From: Haliotis cracherodii
Taxonomy: Eukaryota
NCBI RefSeq assembly: GCF_022045235.1
Contig: NW_027266271.1
Span: 24,180,001 to 24,244,000, forward strand
Direction of reading: 5' to 3'
Length of the DNA: 64,000 nucleotides
The number at the start of each line of letters is the position of its first letter. Position 1 is the first letter of the stretch. A program made the translations under genes and the position numbers. Of the stretch, positions 12,838-23,730 are shown piece after piece. The notes below the pieces were generated by a model. It was given only the letters and a program-made list of their open reading frames with translations, had not been told where the DNA came from and made no database searches.

Positions 12838-15800
12838 TCAGCCAATCAGCGCCGACGTTGATCCAATCTTTGTCTTCAGACACATAGACGGGGATTGGCT
12901 GAGCAGGACATCTTTGTACATGCTGACAGTCGTCTTGCTGCAGCCGCTCACTGCAGACACCAGACACTTCTGGGTGGCATTAGTGTCACTGAAAACAAGC
13001 AAAAACACTTCCAGAGTTACCATGTACAATTCTGAGTAGCTTGGTGATTAAGAAAACGTTAATACCAGGTAATAACCAGTCTGGATTACGGACATATTCC
13101 ATAAAGCGCAAAAGGCAAAAAGTGAAACTTATTTGAAATCATCATACTGAGTCAGAGATGACACAATGTGTTCGCGTAAAGGGAACACAAGGTGTTCCCG
13201 TAAAGGGAACACATGTCCTGTGTTACCGGTAGTACACGTTTTACAGAAGCTGGTCCATCTCCTTCGTTTGAAGATTGAATAAAGGTTCATACACCTACAC
13301 ATCAGGGTAACAACATTCAAGGCATAAGTAAAGCTTTTAAAAAGTGTATGCTAACGCTTTCGTTCGAAAATTCAATAAATCTTCATACGACTCATGCATA
13401 TAAGTTGTTCCATCAGGGTTGCAACATTAAAGACCTTAGTAAAGCTATTAAAATGTGTTTGATAGACTTGTGGAAGACATTTCCGAAACAATTCAGCTCA
13501 ACCATTGACTTTCCATTGCACGTGTTTGTGACGGGTGTCATTGGTGGAACAGATACGATCACATCGGGAACAACTGTCATCATCACTAGTTATTCATAAC
13601 CATATCACAATGGACATTACTTTTAAAAGAGAATTCGTATGGTTATCCATAGGGTCGCTTTTATTTGTTTTGCTACAATATATACTATGGGTGTCAGAAA
13701 CTTAATGAACATCTGGTGGTTCTAGTGTGTCACCTGGGTGATTGTGCTTCATCATGCACTCCAGGCGTGGATCTTTATTCATGCTATCAACCACTGGTCT
13801 GACTGACCACCACTATTTATAGGTCCCCGGTTAATGCATCTAGATGGAATATTACTGAGTTAGCTTGATTAAAGTTGCGTTCAGTCATACTGTGATATCC
13901 TTTTGGACTACCAGTGACACTTTAGGACAAGTCCATTGTTTGTGGGTTGTAAACAGGGTAGAGCCTGTTATATTGTTTGCAGCTTAACACGTGCATGTAA
14001 CTACTTTACCTATTATCCACGTGCATACACCATTGATCTAACATAGAAATATTTAATAAAGTAGTGAGCATTCTTCAGACCGTCACGGTGTCTTTGAACC
14101 GAAAGATCTTTGATGTAATTTACTTACGCGCACAGGTGTCCTGGGCTAGTTGAATCCAAAGCGTGGAGTCCATGGCCACTGCCGCATGCTGCTTTAGGTG
14201 CATTCTGTACACACTGAGAGTCGAAATCTAAGAACAGACAATTATAAGAAAGATTCACTATGTCATTCTTAAATAAAAAACATACAACTTTGAATTAAAT
14301 AAAAATGAATGCCTTTTCTAAAATATACATAGTTCTTCATTTTTAAATTTAAACGTCGCCGTTTTAAAAATTCCACCTTCAAGACGTCTAAATATCGAAG
14401 ACATGTATGACTTTATATCCCGGATTTAAATTAATATATACAAGTTTGAAATAAAATAAATATACAGTATCCATGCGCTGTATACTTTCAAAATGACTTT
14501 CAAATCTCACCGGGTTTTAAAAAAAATGAAAATGCCAACCTCTACACAAGTATAATAATGGAACTTGAATGTTGCGTCTCGAGTCTCAACAAAGACATAC
14601 ACGTATAAATAAAGGATGGACATTTTGCCGTATATCTCACCCCCAATGTGGCCGCAGAGTTTAGCCAAGCCGTTCTGCACTGTCTGGGAGTCGGCCACCG
14701 CGGACTTCATCACGTGGTCACTGCACTGCTCCTGTACCCACAGAGTACAATTCACTGCCAGCTGGTAGTTCTTCAGATTACTGTATGATATAGAACGTAA
14801 CTTATGGAGCTCGCTGTATGTTTATGTATATTCTGTGTATGTAACACGTACTATTTAGTCATTTATAATTCATGCTGGGATAGTTGCTTCTGAAATAAGT
14901 TCACGTTCCCTTTAATGTGCCCTTTTTGAAAATCATTTCATATCGGTCAACTGTGCCTGGTGTAAAAATGTTCAATAGTATCGTCTCATAAAAACGTAGC
15001 CTGCTTGTTTGGTCATACATTTTCTAAAATGTCTAAAATGCTTGCATCAGTTCTACATAAGAAAATTCGGAAGATAGTAAATGGAAGCAAAATGATTTTA
15101 AAAGTTCTCAAAATAAGTATTTCCGAAGCATGAATTAGATGTACATTCGAATAATACAATTCTTAAAGTTTTGTAATTACATACAATTGACAAATAATGT
15201 TACTGGTTGATAAAAGATTAAGATATTTATTTTTCTATATAGGTAAATTTAAAAGGAACCCTGAAAATGGAGAAATATATTTTGGAGACTATAAGGTCTA
15301 TGCCGCGCTATTTTCATCTTCCCGAGGCAAGAGGGTTAACTGGCTTTAAAAGTGGAAACTGGACTTTTATAGTCAGTTAACTCTCTTGCCTCGGGAGGAT
15401 GCGCTATTTTCTGTGCGCATATGAAATTCCGCTTCTTTACGGATGGATAACCATGCCCTAAATTCTTGGTACACTTTCAGGCAACAATTGAAGCAACATC
15501 AAGAAAATGTTTATGGATAATGTCGAAGACGGCGACAGATAACAGACGCCAGAGAGCAGATTGCACATAAGTAAACAGAACTTTACTTTTCTCACGTCTA
15601 CTGTCTAAATTTGTAAAACTGTTAATATTGATCAATCCCTTACCCGCGATGTCTGATTTTCCGTGATCCATTCATATAATTTCAACTGCTATCTGGGGCG
15701 GTCGGGTAGCTCAGTGGTTAAAGCGTTCGCTCGTCACGCCGAAGGCCCGGGTTCGATTCCAGACATGGGTACAATGTGTGAAGCCCATTTCTGGTGTCCC

Positions 15801-18800
15801 CCGCCGTGATATTGCTGGAATATTGCTAAAAGCGGCGTAAAACCATACTCACTCACTCACTCAACTGCTATCTTGCCTTTTTTGTCCAATGGATACTCGA
15901 GACTGGTTATTCTTTGGCTTTGATGTTTTATATTAATATTCAAACAGACACTTGTAACTACAGGAGTTCGAGGTGGTAGTAAGCGATATCTTAAAAATAC
16001 ATATACCTGCACATCGTCTTGCTTTCACTCATTGCCATAGCGTTCATAATGTAATGGCTTGTGCCTTCACTTGTTAGTTGCTTTGGGACATCTAGCAATA
16101 CACTGTTGTACATTAAGCATTGATAGTAGCTGCCTCGGATGTTTTCAGTGGTGGAACAGTCCACGCTGGTGATGTCTGGGCCTGACGGAAGTCAATGAAT
16201 TAATATCAAGTCTCAGGAATATGCCATGGTACATGGTACATGTATTTATAAATGATTCCCAAACGTACTCGATGAAACGACCAGAAAATGTGTATGCACA
16301 TTGCAAATACCAGTGATCTGACTTACTTAATTTGTTTATTTCAGAATATATTGCTTGTTTGTTTGTTTGTTTATTGTTGTTTAACGCCGCACTCAGAATA
16401 TTCCAGCTTTACGATGGCGGTCTGTAACAAATCGATTCTCGAACAGATAATCCACCGACTGACATCATGATCATCGATCTAAAAGCTCTTGCAACAATAA
16501 ATGAATAAGAATGTTTTACAGTCAAACAACACCAAAATGATATGACAGTTAGGTTTTGAGAAATGTTGAATATATAATGGTCCGTCGCCAGCATCCCTAT
16601 GAGTATGACAGGTACAGTTTAACGTTCGGGCTGTAGATCGTATATACTAGTAACTATATTTAATTATTTACACCTTTACTCAACTCACAACAGAGTTAAT
16701 ATAATGTTCATTAATAGCCTTTTCACACAACTACATTTCCTTAATCCATCTGCTGTTTTACTGTTCATATATGTGTGATGATGTCTGTCAGTCCTGTTGT
16801 GACGAACCTGTAGCAATTGACGAGCAGTCTGTGTTGTTTGGCACGTTTGCTTCATAGATATGGAGTGCGGCCTCGCCACAGGCTGGTATGTACTTTCGGG
16901 CACATAGCGACGACATCTGTGCTGACCTGACATAGATAATTCAAATGAAATCAACCAATTAAGATTTTGATTAGATTGTGAGGGGTTATAGCTCTGTTTC
17001 ATGTATAAGACACATCAAATTAATTTTCAACGGATTTGTTATTAATGTAATGTATTTCATGTAAAGACTAAATGAGGTTGATATCTTCTAGTTGCTAATG
17101 ATGGAATGTCAAAGATTCGATGTTTTATAGTTTTTGGAAAAAGTAAATATCGGAAGAACCTGTTCATGGATATCAATCAGCCTTTCTATGATACCATGTA
17201 CGACTATTGGGGAAAAAAGGAAAGCAAGAATCTAATAATCTTTTAATCAGGCCTGATGTGAATTACACAATTCCTGCCTGTGAACTTCCATAAAAAACTA
17301 AGAATGGTGGTCATGAGACAAATACACGCACTCACACACACGGTTTGTATCATTTTAAAGAAGGATACAAGTATTTGACGACAAGTTACTCACAAACAAT
17401 CTATCTTGTGCATCAACTCAGTAAAGTTGAGGTGAAGGTAATCGTTGGTGGTCATGTAACTGTTGACATCGGGACAGTCCCCCATTTTAGACGTCACTTC
17501 GACCATGCAGGTCATGTTGAGCTCTTGAGGAACAATGACGTACTTAATAGTTAAACAACTTGATAGCCGGTGATTATAAAAACAGTACTGTTTTATTAAT
17601 GAACTGGTGTAAGTTCTTACGGATGCTTATGCTAAAGTTAAAAATGATAGCAAGTTTCTTAACATCTAAGGTGGAAACCAAATTGACTTCAATAAAATGA
17701 ATTAGTGCACCGAGAAACCTCATTTCTCGAAGTACTATATATAGCTGGTTGTAGTTTCGAGTGATTTGATTTCACAGATTTCACAGAGCCAGAGCCAAAA
17801 GGACTTGTACATCCCCTTGAACAATTTATTCAGTTTATGAAGGCCGAGTTATCGAGGTTTATCAATAAACAATATATTTCAGCCAAGTATGTCGAACATT
17901 TTTCTTTCGAACACATCTTACGTGGTTCAAAAATTAAAAAACTAATCCTGAATTCAATCCAACTGTACATCTAATACATCCTGCACAAAACGTTTTGAAG
18001 ACTTGACATTTCGAACTAAAAACGCATCTGTGGCTTTCAATGTCCCTTTAATGGCTAGAAATATGTTGGAGAGATACAACAGTAACTTTCGACACGAGTT
18101 ACTCAGCTTACAACAGAATTTTGTATGGTAACCAGCAAGGAAAGAGGACGGCTTTGGAAAGCTTGAATGTTATATGTGGCCTTGAATGTTGTAGCCTTGA
18201 TCAAACAATTTTGCACAAGGGTCGCAGAACGTTCCTTGAAGGAAAGAGTATGCTCGATTGTACAACTAAAGTTGTGAAATGTAGACACCAAAGGCTGGAG
18301 CTGCTGGAATATTGCTCAACAAAAGGTGACTATTGAAAGGTTGAAGTCATCCCTCATATCATAAAAGGGAATTGACTCTTTAAACTTGAGTAACATTCTC
18401 AGTCAAACATATATTTCCCTAAAAATTCCAGAATATTACACATTTCAGGAACCACAAACAGTTTCATTTTCCAAGTTGTTATTGGACTTTAATTTTGTTG
18501 TCCTTACATATATATATATATACATAAGGAAAATAATATATATATTCTTTTCCTTATGTGTATCACATAAAAATGCCTTTCAGAGACATAGAGTTACCCC
18601 TTGGTTGTTTACAAACATGACAGTCTTGAGCATTCGAGAAGTTTCAGGATTGGACAGTTTCTAAAAGGGTGGTTGTACCTATATAAGAGCGACAAGAGTG
18701 CGATTCGATGTCTTTTACAACTTGTCTTGCATTTCATCTACCTATCAAGTACAGACGGGATACCTATCTGAAATTACCGAATTCCAAAACCATTTTGAAT

Positions 18801-21144
18801 TCTAAAATAGAGGCAGCATTGTTTAACGACATTCGACTGAAATTTTCTGGACATTCGTGAGTCCTCGGAAATATATTGTGAGGCTTGATACTTACTGCTA
18901 TTGCCATTTGTTTGACTATTGTACTGCCTGTTTTGATTGTAAACATAAAACTGTATTTTTGAATAAAATACATTAATCATGTTTGGTCATTTACTTATTT
19001 CACAATTTTAACTTGTACAAATCCATTTCTAGGATTAGCTTTGCGTTTCAAGTTTGAAATTCGTAACACTGATACATGTCACATTATCAGAGGTGATTTA
19101 AGACCAATTGAATTTGTTTGAGCAGATAATCAAGACTGTTTATTCTCTGGCGTTTACTATTGTCTATTACTGACATAACGGATAGGATCCGGTGACAATT
19201 GTGTCCAATTCCTTTGTCAGTGGTTAAAAATTATGCTATACTCACTGTCCTTGTTGGCGCAGGCATATTCTTGCCACTTCTTTATCTTGTCTGACGTCGT
19301 ATACGTATCGGTCTGTTTTAAACACTTCTTGTTTATGTTACCAACACAATCAGCGGCCTTCCCATAACCGTCAAGATTCCTGAACGTTTCGTCAAATGAC
19401 AATGTTTTTACATGGACAACGTGAACGAGAATCATTTCGTATGTTTTGCAACAATGTTATAAAAAGGTTGAATGTATCATATATTCTGTTTCATATAATC
19501 AAGAGATACGCAATTGCAGAAACATAGCCCCAACACAACCATACTGTTGTTCGAGCAGGGTTAATGTCAAATACTACTCTGTTTCTTTGTTTGTTGATTA
19601 GCACCACACTTAGCATTATAGCAACCGCTAAACAGAGCCCTCAGGTCATCCCATTAATTGTCAAGTACTTCCTACGGGCTATAGTCAATTCTCTTCTGTT
19701 AAAGTCACTTTCAAATGTTTATTATCCTTTAAAGCGAGACGAAGACGATCCTTTATGGTATCAGTCGTACAGCCCTTTACTGTCGTTCGGAATACCTCGT
19801 ATTAACCATTTCGAGTTTGCATGATCAGAAAACACTTTCCAACTGTCACTTTCCCGATCTGGTTAACTGATTGATGGGATGAAAGGTCGTTCTGACATGA
19901 ACCTATTGGGATGTCTGATTTTATTGAGATTTGCAATATTCCAGCTTTAGGGTGGCAGTCTTCAAATAATCGAGTCTAAACCATCAAGCCGATTTACAGC
20001 ATGAGCAATTGGGATTCGATGACATGCATCAAAAACGCCAGTCACCAGATTGCCCGATCAATATTCGACTTCATACATTGATAATAAGGCATCCTTGACT
20101 GCGGCGTAAAACATCAGTCACTGCACTAAAATCATAATGGTAGTATTTCAATTATCATTATCATTTGATCTTGTTTTTCTTTATTCCAATGCCACAAGCA
20201 TCATTAATAGTAGCATGAAGTATGAATGTTGATGTTATTAAAGTGTTATTAAAGGAATTGTTCATACTAACCTACACATGTCATCTAAATAACCTGGGGT
20301 TATCGAAGACAATACTGCAGCTCCGGACGAGTTGGTGATTTCGCTTAAGGATGGTATTTTGAAGGTGACGCCGTATTCGTCAAAACACTTCTGTTCAATT
20401 AACAACATAGATTGTAGATCGCTGCAGTTTACTTGCTGGGAGAAATCGATCACATCTGAGGTTCCATTCTTCCCTGGAAAATTATTCAATGAGTTCTTCT
20501 AATTTGTTCTCGCTTATTGCTAAATCAACATCCTCGCATTGAAAATTTAGCTTTCACAGGAAGAAACAGATATATTAGTGCTCAAGAGATTTGCAAATTT
20601 GTATCACGTTTTGCGATGGTACAGGGTGTGCTGGGTTACGCAAGAAATTGGTAGGGTTCGAGTTTCAGTCGCCATAACACCAAAGATGTTTTCAGTATAA
20701 CACGAATAAGATGAGTGGGTGAATACGTTTGGTTTTACGCTACTTTTAGCAATATTCCAGCAATATCATGGCGAGGGACACCAGAAATGGGCTTCACATA
20801 TTGTACCCATGTGATGAATCAGACCCGGATCTTCGGCTAATCCACCGCCCCAAATAAAACGAGAAATATATGTTACAATTACACTCATAAATCATAGTGT
20901 TCGTGTTTGCATGATCCATTATTTCAGCAGAATCAAAATCCTATAGGCTCTCCAAGCACCCCCAGGACCCAGTATCTAGCGAATAGTAACAACAGATTAA
21001 TGATACTTGATGACACCACGTCGTCCCGGTTTATGGAGTGAATAGCCCATTTAACCATTCTACTATTCAAAAGGCAGAGACGTAAATAAACTTACCGGAA
21101 ACCATCGAAAACAGCAGGAACACGAATAGGAACAAGAGCCTCAT
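12838..21144 (-). CDS. Gene B: secreted 24-Cys four-module glycoprotein (399 aa), chimeric last exon
   Basis: Nine exons totalling 1200 nt, open frame: 21144-21096 (MRLLFLFVFLLFSMVS, signal peptide), 20473-20272, 19379-19246, 17523-17394 (LNMTCMVEVTSKMGDC...KIDC), 16926-16808 (SAQMSSLCARKYIPACGEAA...TDCSSIAT), 16181-16007, 14780-14641, 14227-14128 (FDSQCVQNAPKAAC...GHLC), 12988-12838 (DTNATQKCLVSAVSGC...SMCLKTKIGSTSALIG*). All introns GT-AG. Three Cys in each of exons 2-9. ATG context accATG. Confidence 0.9.
15695..15860 (+). mobile_element. Young tRNA-derived SINE with 13-bp target-site duplication, in intron 6 of B
   Basis: A box gtagctcagtggttaaagc, B box ggttcgattcc, (cact)n tail. TSD tcaactgctatct at 15682-15694 and 15861-15873. 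Empty site at ~31210-31222. Other copies at ~20711-20850(-), 37146-37313(-), 53530-53645(-). Confidence 0.9.
18100..18490 (-). mobile_element. Penelope-like RT C-terminal fragment (paralogue at ~34680-35068)
   Basis: RDDFNLSIV...SNIPAAPAFGVYISQL motif. Confidence 0.65.
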
Positions 21145-21149
21145 GGTTG

Positions 21150-21350
21150 CCAGCGCTTATAATGAGCATACACGTTTCCCTGCACATATATTATATGCAG
21201 GGCTTGATACACACCCACGTGGGAATCCGTGTCGCCTGTAACATCTGCCTGAATACAATCATGGCATACTCTCAAAATAGATAAAAGGTATTGTGCAAGA
21301 CAGTGTGCGTTGAACTAGAAACATTTGTTTCCGTACAAAGAGAGATATAT
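21150..21350 (-). promoter_or_regulatory. Putative core and proximal promoter of gene B
   Basis: TATA-like TATAATATA about 40-50 nt upstream of the ATG. Blocks conserved with the gene C upstream region: gtaacatctg (21238-21247), agataa (21279-21284), ggtattgtgcaa (21287-21298). Duplicated upstream of B' (~37610-37810). Confidence 0.5.
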
Positions 21351-21479
21351 CTCTGGGTATAGCAAATGTACCACCAAATTTCTGTCTTGAAGATTAACCA
21401 CTATCCTTAAAACAATAAGGAAGTGGAATTATTAATGTGGATTCTCTAAAACGCAGAGGATTTGCTTGACTTTTTACAA

Positions 21480-22150
21480 TCTCAGATAAGAATCAAGTTT
21501 AATTCTGTCAAAACTTAGGAAAACTTCATTCCTTGATCCATAGGGGTTTTGTTACAAAACATGTTGACCATTGATAGAATTGCATATCTATCTTTTGAGG
21601 TGAGCACAATTTGTCAAAAATGACAGCAAATGTCATCTGAAATTTCCTGAGAAAACAATATGGGAAAAGGTGGACATCATCATTATTGAAATCTATGTAA
21701 AATGTGGGGGTAAGACATTTTAGGCAAGAAGTAGGCATCTCCCCTTCTTGCGGATCTGTTTCTTTATGCACATCAATAGGGATTTCTCCTCCGAATTCAT
21801 CTTAAGCTTCAGGTATATCAATGATCAACGAAGTATATATGAATTTTCTCCGACTTTGCATTTCAATGTACACTAAACGGATGATCCGAAAAAGTTTCAA
21901 ATGACAAAAATAACAAAATTTCACTTCCCCAAATACAAACTTGACTGATGACTATACTGTCGGAATTGTACGACTCCTTAAAGCAAGGAAACAGTTGAAA
22001 GAAAACATGTCAATAGGCTTAGCAGATGACGACATTAAAGCAAAGGCTATTCTAATTAATCGTCTCAAGACCCATCCCCTGATCGAGAACGTTTGATATT
22101 TCAATGGCAGGGTTTACGGACACACAACAAAGAAATACAAATTCTATCGA
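21480..22150 (+). mobile_element. Degenerate LINE ORF1-like fragment (second family), present only in unit 1
   Basis: LLKARKQLKENMSIGLADDD...LINRLKTHPLIENV*YFNGRVYG resembles the C-terminus of LINE ORF1 proteins. Absent at the paralogous site ~37868. Confidence 0.45.
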
Positions 22151-22251
22151 ATCTGCTGAATCTGTCATTACTAATGACTATAAAATACCCCTAACTTTTT
22201 GTGGCTGAATGTGTATATCTCTCTCTACAGCCAAAACAGTGAAATACAAGA

Positions 22252-23536
22252 AACAGCTCAAGTTGACAACGGGTCAGGAATGTGAAACTTCAGACTTTGA
22301 AAAGCTTCTATCCGAGATAAAGAATGTATCTGCCAAAGTCGATTAACTCTCTTACTAGCAACGTTAACGTCCTGTCTGTGAGATGTGACAAATTCGAGGA
22401 AGAAAACGTCACCCTAAAATCAACACTGTCTTCAGTCACAGACAAACTGGACTATATAGAAAACAAAAGCCGTAGAAATAATCTGCTATTCCACGGTGTT
22501 GTGAAAGAGAAACAATCAAAGACATGGACAGATATGTGAAGATATAGTACGTAAAATCATTAAGGACAATCTGGAAATGGATGATTCAGATATGGCAATT
22601 GAACTTTGTCATAGATTGAATAACAGTAAAACTCCCAATATCAAATTTAGAGACTTAGGTACGAAAGAGTCTATCCTTAGAAATGCTAAACGACTCAAAG
22701 GTACTTCATACAGTATTTCGGAGTATTTCATAAAACGTTAGAAATAAGCATAAAATGTTAAAAACAATAATGGATGATTCAAAGGCAGTTAGATTTGATT
22801 AACTGATTTATGAAAAAGGAAAGGTTCACACATAAGACCTTGAAAATGAGATTAATAGAAAGGTATTCAGCGCAGGTGGCGACCGTCCCGCGTTTCGTTC
22901 ACGTGAAGGTCATGGTGGGGGCGGATCCGCACGTGGCGCTTACAGCTAGGATCTCTGCTGGGCCTTGGATTGTAACGGTAAATGAAGAATCTTTTCGTTT
23001 ATGTCATGGAGCGTTAACGGTTTGAATCGCAAGTTGAAGGACAATTCCTTCGTTGGGTTTTGCTCTTCATTTGAATTGTCTTGTTTAACAGAAATTTGGA
23101 GCAACTGTTCTGAAGAAGATATGAAACAAAGCTTCCCCAATCACAATATTATGATAAATTTTCGTGAATACAATACCAGAGGTGGTGTCGCTCTTTTCGT
23201 CAAATATGAACTTCTTAAAGACGTTAAACATGTTGATTTAACTTGTACCGACTGTATATTTATATTTCTTGATCACTTATTTTTTGGTTTACCACGTGAT
23301 ACTTTACTTTTGTTTTCTTACGTACATCCTGAAACTACGTCAACAAAGTCTGATATCCATGATGTTAGAGGTATTGATTATCTTGAGCAATGTTTACTTA
23401 AGAAACTTTGTAAATTTGAAGATCTTTCTATTATACATGCAGGAGATTTAAATGCAAGAACTGGTATTTTGCAAGATTTTATTATATCTGACGATGATGA
23501 GAGTGAAACAGATATCTTAACATTAAATGAAATGGA
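22252..23536 (+). mobile_element. Copy of the same LINE 5' region (ORF1 N-terminus deleted)
   Basis: Near identical to ~38555-39854. Contains ENKSRRNNLLFHGV and the APE ORF starting at 23001, truncated at the duplication junction. Confidence 0.85.
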
Positions 23537-23730
23537 TCATGGGTTCGAATCCAAGAATCTCCTGATCAAGAGCTGTGTTCTGTATCTGATTGTCTCAAAA
23601 CTATATCCGGTTTTACCAAAATGGTAAACGTCTAGGATCTGCATCACTTTGTGCTTTCCTCACAAATTTATGTGATATGCCATAAAACACTGTCCAATTC
23701 TGCATTGAAAGTTAACTCACTTAACCCTAG

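Larger units (their letters stand above)
7973..23533 (+). repeat. Tandem segmental duplication unit 1 (~15.6 kb)
   Basis: Colinear, by eye roughly 95% identical to 23534-39851 across exons and introns. Starts inside a SINE (ggatcaagggttcgaatcc) and ends inside LINE ORF2. Confidence 0.9.

Noticed and set aside
15695-15770. tRNA gene candidates (also ~7894-7995, 37240-37313, 61482-61590)
   Set aside because: They have A/B boxes but run into SINE bodies with simple-repeat tails and, in some cases, TSDs. I could not build a complete cloverleaf.
18764-18980. Short ORFs repeated at 35198-35414 as possible extra exons of B and B'
   Set aside because: No compatible splice phases or Cys pattern. Exon 3 joins exon 4 in frame without them, and the recurrence reflects the duplication.
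23001-23627. 208-aa ORF as a host endonuclease gene
   Set aside because: It is a truncated LINE APE domain reading through the duplication junction into SINE sequence.
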